From the human T2T-CHM13v2.0 reference genome, Homo sapiens: a DNA stretch of 64,000 bases. The notes beneath the pieces are model-generated. The model was not told the DNA's origin, did not search any database, and saw only the letters and a list, made by a program, of their open reading frames with translations. This document shows positions 1 through 19,535 of this stretch, piece by piece; position 1 is the first letter of the stretch, and each line of letters starts with the position of its first letter. The stretch lies in assembly GCF_009914755.1 (NCBI RefSeq), contig NC_060925.1. The stretch is one strand, 5' to 3'. The position numbers were made by a program, and so were the translations under genes.

Positions 1-182
1 TAATAAGAGAGAATGTATTAGAAAGAAAGATGGTGGTTGGGGAATGAGAAGTTCAAAATTGAAAATGAGAGGTTGCTATCACTGGTAATGACAAAGTAAA
101 GGGTATGACTGTAGCAGTGAGTAGCTGAAAAGAATAGAGGATAAGATCACTGGGGGAGAGCAAGTCCACAGACGAGGTAGCA

Positions 183-833
183 GGGTATGGTTTCAGGATG
201 AAACTGGTCCACCTCAGAAGATCATCAGGCATTAGATTCTCATAAAGATCACGCAACCTAGATCCCTTGCTTGCACAGTTCACAATAGGGTTTGCGCTCC
301 TATGAGAATCTAATGCTGCTGCTCATCTGACAGGAGGTGAAGCTCAGGCAGTTAGATGGTCAATACTTAGTGTCAACTTGATTGGATTGAAGGATACAAA
401 GTATTGATCCTGGGTGTGTCTGTGAGAGTGTTGCCAAAAGAGATTAACATTTGAGTCAGTGGGCTGGGGAAGGCAGATCCACTCTTAATCTGGTGGGCAC
501 AATCTAATAAGCTGCCAGTGAATATAAAGCAGGCAGAAACATGTGAAAAGGAGAGACTGCCCTAGCCTCCTAGCCTACATCTTTCTCCCATGCTGGATGT
601 TTCTCTGCCTTAGATCATTGGACTCCAAATTCTTTAGTTTTGGGACTTAGACTGGTTCTCCTTGCTCCTCAGCTTGCAGACAGCCTATTGTGGGAACTTG
701 TGATCGTGTAAGTTAATACTTAATAAACTCCCCTTTATATATATCCTATTAGTTCTGTCCCTCTAGAGAACCTAGACTAATACAAGTGGTAACGCTCACT
801 CCCAGTCCATGGCCTGGGGGTTGGGGACCCCTG
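183..833 (+). mobile_element. MER1B-like hAT-Charlie DNA transposon, 5'-incomplete, interrupted by an LTR at 352-784
   Basis: atcatcaggcattagattctcataa...aacctagatccc; 3' TIR ggttggggacccctg; similar to the intact copy at 22809-23140. Confidence 0.85.
352..784 (+). mobile_element. MLT2A-type (HERV-L) solo LTR
   Basis: gtgtcaacttgattggattgaaggatacaaagtattgatcctgggtgtgtc start; ctctagagaacctagactaataca end; TATA-like and AATAAA signals. Confidence 0.9.
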
Positions 834-1813
834 CTATATTGGATTTTATTGCTGTTGTCAATTAAGACATGCTCTTATATTTTTTCTTCTTAAAGTGAAA
901 CAGAACAACTCTCTGGCTCCCATTCTGTTTTTACTACACATAAAAGCTTTAGCCACTTACAACTATATTTAAGACTTCTAGTCAAAACATTCTAATTTTT
1001 GCTTTTGACTGCTCTAAATTATCGAATCATTTCCTAACAAGCAAAAAGCAAAGCAAAGAACTGAAAACCATCCTATTATTATTAAATATCAATTGTTCTC
1101 TACTTAATTTAGATATACAGAACAAGAAATATAGTTAAGAACCTGAATTATTAGATTTTTTCTATGATATTTATAAAACCAATTCTATTTTTATTTCCAC
1201 TGGTTGGTAAGAGCCTTAATGAGTCATTCCTTTCATCTTTAATAATACTCTTTCAAGCACTGTGTAGTACATTAAGATAGAGTTATACATATTTACATTA
1301 TGGAAAGAATCTCACTGGAATCTGGTATCAGCACATTTTCAAAGTCTTTGAAATCAAGCATTTCAGAATATCAGTAACAGAATCATAACTTCTTGTCCTA
1401 CTTAAATTCTATCATATTGTATTGATTTTGAGAGTGTTATACTTGAACATCTAATACTAAAATCTTATTTTCACATCTAAAAATAGGAACGATATCTTGC
1501 AAAGTTGTTTTCAGGATTAAAGATGATTCATATACTTATAGCAATACTAGGTCCCAAATTGATATTCAACAAATAGCAACAACAATAATAATTAATATTA
1601 AGACTGTGTAGACCAGAGTTGAATATGGTTCTCCTGTTTTCGAAGGAAGTAAATTTTAAATAAGATCAATTTTATTGGGCTCAAATACCAGTTTTTCTGT
1701 TAAATAATTCTCACGAAAAATAAAATGAAAACTCTTTTTTTTCCCCCAATGGGATATAGCAATATATGTGCTAGTAAGGTAAAAATGTGAAAGAAATAAT
1801 CACAGTCTTTTTA

Positions 1814-2227
<414 letters not shown>

Positions 2228-2748
2228 TTAAAATAAATGTAACACATATACCTTAATTATTTCATAAGGTAAACTTTGATCATGTATACCAAAAATGTTT
2301 AAATAATTCATTTCTAGAACTTGAAAACAAATAATTAACATATTACCCATGGTATTATCTGATGAAAAAATTGGCAGAAAATACATCTTATTAGCCTTCC
2401 ATAATTTTACTAACACATTTAGAAAACAGGAAATCTCAGAATATTACTAAAATGGCTAAAGTATTTAGCTTCCTATTACATTTTGAGAAATTTATAAATA
2501 ATTTGCACAAATTACTAAGTCTACAGACCACTGAAATAACAAGTAACTATGTAGTAGGCATAACATCATTCAAAATATATTTGGGACTTCCAGTTATTGG
2601 CCTATTTTATTTTGGGGCATTTTATGACTTTAATTTGTTTTCATTTTTGTCCTTTACTATAATGTAAAATGTTATGATGTTAAAAACATTTATAGAACAG
2701 CTATTTTCAAGAAAAGCACTTATGGAAAATTATTTATATGATACCTAC

Positions 2749-2793
2749 TCTTGGCCCCAGTTCCCCAAAGGCTCCAATTGGTCCTTCTTCTCC
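2749..2793 (-). CDS. COL24A1: Collagen exon, 45 bp: GEEGPIGAFGELGPR (last exon in window)
   Basis: T13-aag|GGA...AGA|gtaggt; 15 codons Gly-X-Y. Confidence 0.93.
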
Positions 2794-3452
2794 CTTAAAA
2801 AAAAAAAAAGTCAGAACATATTATGGCCTAAAATGAGTATTTAAAAATGTAAACTCTTATTTTCTCTATTTATTCTAAAATGTGAAGCTCATTCTGAGAT
2901 GTGATGAAAATAATGCTGTTATTTTCTTGTACTTTGAACTCCATCACCCCACAACACTTTAGTTTTTTTGTGTGAACCTGGTGCATTCGTGTAGGGACCA
3001 AAAACTATATGGGTGGATAGAGACTGAAGATGAACATAGAAAAAAATTAAAAGCTTTTATTCATAATTCTCTAAAAGAAAAAAAGGCAGTAAGTGTTTTT
3101 ACTCCATTTATAGACATATTTACTAAATATACTGATTTACCTTTAAAAAATAGATGATTGTTTTCTGAATAATACATACAGACCTCCCTAGAATCATATA
3201 GTATATGTTATTTATTTGGTAAATATTTTGCTCAATTCACAATTCAATTAAAATATAATTTATTGGTTCAAAAATATTAAGTAGTCACAAATAGTAAATA
3301 TAAATTCTAGTATATATGAGTGAGATTCTGGGTTCAGATTCTTCAGACATTCCATTGGAGACCACTAACATAAATCATTTAATGAATTCAGAACACTGTA
3401 AAATGATTCTTAATTCTATTCCATAACTGGCAAAATAAAGTGTTAACTTGAA

Positions 3453-3813
<361 letters not shown>

Positions 3814-3861
3814 TTAACTAAAAACCTTGCTGAAGCTGACTGGATATCACTTCTTCCATAC

Positions 3862-3915
3862 CTGAGTTCCTTTGAGACCAGGAGGTCCAGGAGGTCCTCT
3901 ATTTCCAAGGAGTCC
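3862..3915 (-). CDS. COL24A1: Collagen exon, 54 bp: GLLGNRGPPGPPGLKGTQ
   Basis: ttttatag|GGA...CAG|gtatgg; Gly-X-Y, phase 0. Confidence 0.95.
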
Positions 3916-5072
3916 CTATAAAAGCAATATAAATGCACACAATAGAAATTTTAGATCAACTGACATTTTGATAAATCAGCATTAATGTGGAGATGGACAA
4001 TACTCTTTGAAACCATTCATTTCCCATTAAGAAGTCCTCAAAATGGGTTGCAGTATGGGCAAACAGAAAACTACTGGGCATCTAAAAATATAGGATAAAC
4101 TTATTTTTAAACAGTAAGTTAATATTCAAATAATCTGCTCAGTATTTTATTCTTCAACCTCCAGACACCTTTTCAGAAAAAGTATTTCTAAAACGGAAGC
4201 AATGGGTCCAAATGTTAAACTGATAAGAGTACAGTAAACCGAATAGAGTGTTCACAAAGTCTGAAAACAGATGGAGGAAACAAACAGTGTTTTAATATCT
4301 ATTAAGAGATCTGCAGAGTCTGGAACTCAGTATTCGTTAGCTGAAGAATGCATTAGTTCTTCATTACTCATTAGTTGAAGAATATTCTTCAACTTATTTC
4401 CCTTTTTGATACAAGATGATAAAAAGAGAAGAGGAATTTGCAGAAGAAAGTGAGTGTGAATTTGAATAGAAATTTCAATACTAAAAAAGTATTTTGTTAA
4501 ACAAAATACATGTTGTTAAAAATCGATTGCTCTCTGAATGAAAACTCTTTCAAAGTTAATTATTTTTAAAAAGTCTTAAATCAGAAAACACTATACAACA
4601 TCTATTCAACATGGCAACATTTTCTTAATAAGTTCTGTTCTCCTAATTATTCAAGATGCCAGCAAAGTTCTAAGTCTCTTTTTAGAATTATAGTTTGAAT
4701 GATTGCTTTTAGTCATTTTATAACCATTAAGAAGTTTTATCTAATTTTTAACTGTACTGACATAATTTTTAAATAACTATACCAAAGAGCAAATCTACTC
4801 AGGTCACTTTTATCTTGTTCTGAAATGCAACAGAGTGACAAACTACATGGGAATCTTTCCTTCATGTTATATTTTGCTCTATACTTTCTATACTTTAACA
4901 CAATAAAAAAAAACTCTGTCAGTTTAAAAGTCTATAATATAGTATTGTAAGCTTATTACATAAACAGCACCATTCAAGAAACTGTATTACTTTAGACAAT
5001 AACCTAACTTTTTAATGAAGCTTTCTTATTTTTAAAAGTAAGATATGGATTAGATTATGGAAATGGGCACAT

Positions 5073-5567
5073 TGTGTCTTATGCCAGTCCAATGTATGTT
5101 AATCCTTTTTCAGGCAAAAGCACCCTAATTTTCCTTAAGGAAAAACTCTCTTCACTTTTAGTGCACGTTGTTTGAGGGGAGGTGACTCCACCTTCGACTG
5201 TAACTGTGAACATGTGACAGACATCTAAGTCAGTCAGTATATTGTGCATCCCCAGAAAAAATGACTGGTCCAGGAATGAGTAAGGGACCCAATTCAGCCC
5301 AACTGAAGCACGTTTCAAACTTCAGTGGCACTGCTGGGAATAGCATTAAGAATGAGGTAAAACTGAACAGTGGGAAACCATCCAGGGGACAGCCTGAGAA
5401 TGAAATCAATGAATTACCAAATGGAGAGAGTTGGAGTGACTGGGCTCTTCTGAAATTGTTTAGAGTCCTGAATTCAGTTGTGATTGAATCCCTGAAGTTT
5501 TCATATATTTATGTAAGCCTGTTTAAGCTGGGTTTCCACCACTTACTGAAATAATCCTGATTGATAC
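5073..5567 (+). mobile_element. Old MaLR solo LTR (MLT1J/K/L-like)
   Basis: Degenerate MLT1 motifs; ends cctgattgataca. Confidence 0.6.
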
Positions 5568-6339
5568 AATGATTTAGAACTGCCTTCAATATCTGAAACT
5601 GCTCTTTCAGAATTCAAAGTGAAAGATTTTAAGTGTCTACACTGACTGGAGGTACAGAATTAGAATGTTGTGATATTTGCATTCTACCACCTGTCAGCTA
5701 GTGTTTAATCACTTAATTCATCTGTTTGTTCATTTTTCATCTGAAATTTTATTAATTTTCTACTATGTATAAGGCTCAATTAACAGCACAATATTAGGCC
5801 CTAAGTATATAATTATCAGTAAGACAGAGTCCCTGTTCCCAATGAATTCATAATTTATTATGGCAGATGGTCCATTAAAATAAAAATTATTACATTAAGA
5901 GTTGTAACAGAAGTAGAGGTATATGCAAAGTATAAATAAGAATTTAGAAAAAGGAGCAAAATCCTTTCTGGGAGGATTAGCATATTTTTAATATGTGAAA
6001 ATAATTTTGTATTGAGTTATGATAGGCTAATAAAAACTTGTAGATAAAAATAAGCATACAATAAAAAATTATAAACAACTTCTGTTCTGGGGCTCAAAAG
6101 GCTCTAAGAACATACAATATTAAGATAAGGGTGTGCATGAAAGAAACAGGCTCAGCTCCATAGCCAGAGTGTAACCTGCAGACGGCTGACCGGTTAAAGG
6201 GAATGAGGTCCCCCTAACTCTCTCATTGAAGCTATTTACTCGAGATGGAACCACTTATCCAGAACCAGAAATAATCCTTTCGGTGAAGCAGGCAAATCTA
6301 GGCTACTTTTTCTCTCTTCTTTCAAAACCAAAATTATAA

Positions 6340-7290
6340 TCTTAAAGGAAAAATAAAAGTTGGGTTAAGAGAAAAAAAATCTAGTTATATGCCATTTATA
6401 AGAAACACACCTAAAATATAAAATATGCAAGGCATTTACCAGCCCAAAAGAGCTGATGTAATTACATTATTATTAGATCTAGCAGACTTGAAGGTAAACT
6501 ACATTGTTTAAGTGTGTAACTAAATAGTGATTAAAGGTTATATTCATCAAGAAGATATAAAAACCATCATTTTTTGTGTATCTAATAACATGAATTCCAA
6601 GTATAAAAAGTGAAAATTGATGAATATGTAAATAGAGTTGGGCAAATCCACTATTAGAGAGGGAAATTTTAAGACATTTTTCTCCAGAAGTCAAGCAGAT
6701 AGAGACCACAAGAACAGAGAAAACTTAAACACTAATATTAACAAACTTGATCTAGTGGTCATCTATAGAATACTGAATCCTCAAATGGGAATTTACATAG
6801 TTTACAGGCGCACCTGGAGTATTTGTGCAAACCAACCACAAGAAAGGCCATATGTGTTTATCAGCAGTAGTATCAATTAAAAAATTATAGCACATCTATA
6901 TAGTGGGTTATACTATAAAATGTAAATTAAGAATGAACCTATAATTACATGTATCAACCTGGATTAAGATGAAAAGACAAAATTGAATGGAAGAAGAAAG
7001 TCACTGAAGAATATGCATAGTAGAATTCCATTTACATGAATTTACAAAACACGCAAAGTACCAGATATTGTAGGAGTATATTTATAGATGGTAAAAGCAT
7101 GGCAAAAACAAAAGAACATTTACCTCTAAATGCAGAGAGGGAGGAGGTAGACACAATTAGAGAGAGACACACAAGGGGCTTCCAATGTTCTATTTAATAT
7201 CCTTAATAGGGTTTGTTTTATCATCATTGTTTAAGCTGTGCACATATGTTTCATATTTATCATATGTTAAACACAAACTTTAAAAAAGTT
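6340..7290 (+). mobile_element. Old L1M fragments (EN region and 3' end)
   Basis: Decayed ORF2 endonuclease-like translation (NINKLDLVVIYRILNP) and L1ME-like 3'UTR. Confidence 0.65.
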
Positions 7291-7496
7291 AAAATGTGCA
7301 GAACTGGAAGTAGAGTGCAGATTTGAAATCCAGTTCTGCACTTTACTAGAGATGTAAACTATTTCTTAATCTATAGAATCATGTTACCATCAGCATCATA
7401 AGGTTGCTGTAGGAATAAATAAAATGATACATAGAATATAACAGGAACTTAATAAATATCAGTTTCCTTTCTCCTTTTATATCAGACATTAATTAG

Positions 7497-8157
7497 TAGA
7501 CATTTCTCAAAGGGAGACATACAAGTGGCCAATAAATAAATGAGAAAATGTTCAACATTGCTAGTCATCAGGGAAATGCAAATCAAAACCAGAATAAGAT
7601 ATCATCTCATTAGAATGATCATTATTAAAAAGACAGAAAATAACAAATGCTGGTGAGAACACAGAGAAAGGGTGATTTATTGGTGGGAATGTAAATCAAT
7701 ACAGCTAATATGAAAAAAGTATGGAGTTTCCTCAAAAAAATAAAAATAGAACTACCATATGATTTAGCAATCCCACTACTGAGTATATATACCAAAGAAA
7801 GAAAATCAGTATATCAGAGAGATAATCTGCATTCTCAAGTTTATTGCAGTGTTACTCACAATAGCCAAAATACAGAATCAACATAAGTATCCACCAACAG
7901 ATGACTGGATAAAGAAAATGTAGTATATTATACACAATGGAATAGTATTCCACCATAAGAAGAATGAAATCCTATATTTGCCACAACAAGGCTAGAATGG
8001 GAGGATATTATATTAAGTGAAATAAGCCAGACACAGAAAGACAAATGTTGCATGTTCCAACTCATATGTGGAAGCTAAAAAAAAATTGATCTCATGGAGA
8101 TAGAGAATAAATTGAATGGTGGTTAGCAGAGGTTGGGAATGGTAGTAGGGAAGGGGC
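7497..8157 (+). mobile_element. L1MA-type 3' fragment, cut by the following L1
   Basis: cagggaaatgcaaatcaaaacc...gaactaccatatgat...agtgaaataagccag; stops in the G-rich 3'UTR. Confidence 0.85.
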
Positions 8158-8159
8158 TT

Positions 8160-14200
<6,041 letters not shown>

Positions 14201-14965
14201 TTAGAGAAAAAAACAACAGAGTGAAAAGTCAACCTACGTAATGGAAAGCAATATTTTCAAATCATGTATCTGATATGGGGTTAATATTCAAAATCTGTAA
14301 AACACTCCTATAACTCAATAGCAAACACCAAATTACTGGGCTAAAAATTGGAGAAAGGACTTTGGAGTATTCATCAAAGCAACTGAAAACAGGATCTCGC
14401 AGGAGTGCAAGTATCCTGTTTACATCAATGTTAACAGGATAAAAACTGGATATTTATATCTTGTTGATATAAACAGGATATTTGCACTGCTAGGTTCATT
14501 GCAGCTTTATTCACAATAGCCAAGAGGTGTCAACAACCCAAATGTTCATTGACAGATGAATGAGTAAAGAAAATGTGGTATATACAAACAATGGAATATT
14601 ATTCAGCCATAAAAAGAAGGAAATCCTGTCATGTTACCAGATGGATGAACCTTGATGACATTATGTGAAATAAGTCAAATAAGCCAGTCATAAAAGAACA
14701 AATGCATAATTCCATCTATAGGCGGTATGTAAAGTAGCTAAACTCATAGAAGCAAAAAATAGGATGCTAATTGCCAGGGGCTGTGGGGAGGAGGGCAATG
14801 AGAAGCTGCTGTTCAATAAATATAGAATTTCAGTCATGTAAAATGAGAAATGTCTACAGATCTGTTGTACAACAGTGTGCACACATTTTGTTACAATACT
14901 GTAAACAAATCAGTAAAACAAATTTACTAAGGGGGTGTATTTCATGTTATATGCTTGTTCTTATT
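14201..14965 (+). mobile_element. Older L1 (L1MA9/10-L1MB-like) ORF2 end and 3'UTR
   Basis: aaactcatagaagc...ttgccaggggctgtggggagg...agatctgttgtacaac 3'UTR pattern. Confidence 0.75.
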
Positions 14966-16789
14966 TAAACCCTTTAATTTTCTATTTAAGATCTGTCACA
15001 ATCTGCTTTCTACCTTTTTTTTTTTAAGTCAGGTAGGTTTACTTCTGCTCTCCATTCCAGTGTTCATTTTGTATCTCTCATCCCTCGGCTCCACTTGGCC
15101 TGATCCAACCAATCTGACTAAAATCCCAACTTCTCTATTTTCTCAGAAAAATGATCATACAGATTATCCTCTCCTCTGAACTCCCTCCTACTCACTTATC
15201 ATATGTTGCCCAGTTATTGTGCTTTTTACCTTTTCACTTATGAAGGGCTCATGTTTCCAGAGAATTACAAGTTCCTAACAAAAAGAAGACCATGTTTTAA
15301 TTTTGTTTTTGAGTCACTGCTTAAACACAGTACCCTTCCCATTGTACAAACTCAATAAATATTTCTTAGCTGACTAAATGTTACCTGGAGAATAAATGTC
15401 TTATACAAGAAATCTGTGTATAAAATCCTGTTATAGTATATAGAATGTAAATCTTCAGGACTGGGTCAAAGTAATCTTAGAAAACTGTGTAGAGTTATAC
15501 ATCTTCCTCTTACCAAGTTAGCTTACCTCTCTACAGATAAATACATGACATACTGTAATAATTCAGTGCAAGAACTATTTCCATATATTACACAACATAA
15601 TCCCACAAATAGTAAGCTTTCTATAAAAACTTATCAGGTCTGCTATGCAAAAGACAATAACAGCCTCTTTTAGCATCCCTAATTCCATAGCCAAAGTAAA
15701 AACACAAACCTTTATAGCAACAAATAAATTATTCCTCTGTTTACTGGAGAATAGAGAATATTTATTTGCTACTCTTACCTTCTGCAGTAAGCAGCAAAAG
15801 ATCTGGTTTTGCTAATGTTACGGGATTCTTGAAAGCGGATTCCCAAACTGTGTAGTTCTCAAAAAGGCTTACTGATGTATGTTTTGTATCTTAATACAAA
15901 TATACACACACATACAAATCCACAATCAGTAGAACTATAATTAACACAAGTTTCCATTCCTACTTTGAGGTTTTTAGTGAACTGGCAGAAAATGAACAGA
16001 AAATAAAAGCCTTCTTTATTGCTGTGCCAAATTGCTCTGGAAAGAACCCAAATTGTTTGCAAATAGGGTAACCATGTATTTCAAATACAGTGCACATGAT
16101 TTTCTCGATGACCACATTGTATAGCCTCAACAGAGCTTTAGCAGTTTTTATCATTCCCATTTGCCAAACAAGACATGTATATAAAAATGAAAGAAGTTTC
16201 AAGATGCTTGCTTCTATGATACAGTACACCCAGCTAAAGAAACACATCATGTTAACAGGGTCAGTATGTTTGGCTGTTTTTCCCCTCTGTTTCTAGAAAC
16301 AATTTCAACAAAAATGAGAAGGACCAAGAAGATAGACAAAACCAGATCCTTCTCAATCTACAGAACAGAAAATTATTATTTTCTTGTTCTTTTGATAAAA
16401 TCATCCCAGGATATTCTTTTAAAATTCAGTGATGTGTATAACATCAATTAGTCTCATGATGTTGGTACTAATGACTCTACATACTCATGTTTATTAAATA
16501 AACTTAGATAATGGTTGAATTTCCAGTGGGTAGTAAGTACTAACATTGTTGTTCATTAAAATGTCTAGCTTTCAAGTCTTTTGCCCCAGTTTTGACATTC
16601 TAATTTCAAGACTAAAAGAATTAGTGAGAAGAAAGTTCTAAAGATCACTGTCATAAAAGAAAATTAAATAGGTCAGTTGGCTTTCTTCAGTTCTCTGACA
16701 CTTAAACTTCAAGAGAAACAAAATTCCCAAACTGAAGAGAACTTTGAAAGTTCTCTGGTTCTTCACCTAGTATGATATGCACACTTAAA

Positions 16790-18200
16790 AACATTAAGTT
16801 CTATTATTACTTCCACCTGAAGTACATATTTCTCAATTACCCAGGAGAGAATCTATTGCTCAATTATCTAGGCTCTCAGAGCACTTCACCAACTCTTTTA
16901 TATAGAACTTCTTATATTTCTTAATTATGATTATTTTTTATCTCTCCCACTAAATTGTAACCTTATCTGGAGGAGGGATGAGAGTTTAGAAATCTTTATA
17001 ATCCCACATTTATTACTTGGTCTAACACAGAAGAAGCTCAACAAAGGTTGAATAAATAAGTTATTGAATGAATGGATAAATAAATGTATTTATATAATGT
17101 ATAAAGTTCAAGTTCCTATGTATGCACCAGGTGAAGGGCTAAAGTTGGCAGGAAAAATCCGCAACTCCATTCTCTACACTATTTGTCTCTCTCAACTTCC
17201 TTCATACTTCTATTTCTGCTTTTCAACCTGGTTTACCGCGAACTATTAATTATTTCTACCTCTAGATGTCAAACGGTACCTCAAACTAAATATAACCAGA
17301 ATCAAATTTCTTATCATCCCCATCCTCCAAAACTGCTCCTCTTCCTGAGTTGCCTATTTAAGTTCAATGACATCAGCAACCCAAGTCAAAGGCTGCTTTA
17401 TCTTTGACTTCTCTTTCTTCCATCACCTTCTGTTAATCAGTTACCAAGTTGTTTTGTTTTTATTTCCAAAACACTTTTTAAATGGTCATTCAATTAATCA
17501 TCCATTCAACCACTATTCACTGAGTTATTTATATGTGCTATCCATATTATAGTTATTATGATGTATATAAAATCAATTAATCTTTCTCAAAAAGATTACA
17601 GTCTAATAGACACATAAGCACATCAGAAGTTATAATACATAAAGATAAGTGCTTGATAGGTTTTTTTTCAGGAATATAGGAAAAGAATATTCCAATTAGA
17701 TTTGGGAGGAACAGAAAAAGCTTCCTGGACATGTTGCATGTGATGTGTAGGTATTAGCTAGATGCAGAAGGGCATAGGAACATATATATCCAGACAAAAA
17801 ATATGGCATGTAAGAAGCTGTGAGATTTGAGTAAGTATGGCATGGTTTGGCACTCTAAATAGTTTGGCTGAAGTGATGCTTTTGGAAGAGTGATGGTGGA
17901 TATGACTGTATAACTACAGAATTATACAGAGAGGGTTTGGTCATAAAGAACGTTGTATAAAAAGTTAAAAAGTACAAGCCTTAACATGGAAGTTGTGGAG
18001 GTCACTGAAGGATTTAAGCAAAAGAGTGACATGATGAGATCTATACTTTAAAAGATTATTCCATCTGCAGCTGGAAGGTAGATAGGAAGAAATGCCAGAT
18101 TGGAGGCAGGAAGAACAACTACTGAAGGACAATTACACTATCCTGGTGAAAAATAAAGGGTGCCTAACTACAAGATTGGCACTGAGAATGATTTTAAGGG
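16790..18200. mobile_element. Cluster of L2 fragments in both orientations
   Basis: tgaatgaatggataaataa and cattcaaccactattcactgag termini; ggtcactgaaggatttaagcaaaagagtgacatgatgagat. Confidence 0.6.
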
Positions 18201-19034
18201 TAAAGGGGAAATTTCTATCAAAGGAGAGATTGGGATAAAGGTGATAATTGATGGCATGAGGTCATTGAAGAGTCAGGGGAGGATTTGATGCAAAACATAT
18301 GCAGAACTTGAAGAGGTGAATGAATGCTTCTGTGGAGACAGAAAGGAAGTGGGAAAGATCCCTGCATATAGGTATAAGTTTGTAGGTGGCAGGTGGGGTT
18401 GCCTGATAAACTACAGGATGCTCAATTAAATGTGAAATTCAGATAAACAACAAATAACTTCTATTATAAATATTTTCCAAATATTGCACCTCCACCTTTT
18501 CACAAGTTTCTTTTTCCTGAATACCATACATCCCCTTGTCTGCTTCACAAATTCCTACTCATTCATGTAGGTTCAAGTGCTATCTTCCCTGCAAAACATA
18601 ATTTGACTTCCCTGACCCTGTGCTCTCACAGTATTGCTGATTATATATTATTCATTATGATTATTATTAAGGTTTTCCTGAATATCTTTCTCTAGATTTT
18701 AAGTTTCTTGAAAACAGGGATCAGGACTCTTTTTTTTCTTGAAAGTAGGGATCTCTGTAGCCTTATGGTCTAGCACAATGGCTGCCATGAGAGGCAGCCA
18801 ATATCTGCTGAATGAATGTCCTGTTTCCAATCTTTATTATTTATTGCCTAGTTTTCCTGTCTTCAATTTCTCCCCTCTTTAAACCATCCTCCAAACTGAC
18901 ATAAGAGGTATCTTTTTAAAATATAACCATTGAAGATACTTTACTACTCAAATATCTTTGATTACTTCAAGATGCCCGTCTGATGAAGCAGAAACTCTTC
19001 AGCATGGTATTGAATGCTCTACGTAATTTACTAT

Positions 19035-19255
19035 CAAAGCTAAGGGTATTAGAGCTCAGACTTTGAAATCATATCTGTGTTAGAATTCTGGCTATATAGC
19101 TTAAAGTTATGTGACTTCAAGTGAATAACTTAATCATCTGTAAAATGGGAATAACTACCTCATAATGCTGTTGTGAAAATTAAATGAGATAATGACTATA
19201 AACGAGATAATGTCTATGAAGCATTTACTAGAGTACTGTGCTGCTCAATATTAAG
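19035..19255 (+). mobile_element. MIR
   Basis: Core catctgtaaaatgggaataa...gttgtgaaaattaaatgagataat. Confidence 0.75.
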
Positions 19256-19535
19256 AACACTAACAAATATAGCTATAATCAAGATCCTTTCCAGCTTCAT
19301 CTCCTATCATTTCATCTCTCTCTACTCCCATTGATACCTCCATAGCAGCTACATTTCATAACTTGCCAATTCTCCCAACTTCAGGCTATTTCATCCTTAC
19401 ATGTGAATTCATAATGCTTTATTTGCTTACAGTGCCCATTCTACATCAGCTTGCATGGCAAATCTTGGTAATTAAAATTTTGCTAGGGATATTTCCTAGT
19501 ATACATACAAACCAGTAAGTTTGTATATATACCAT

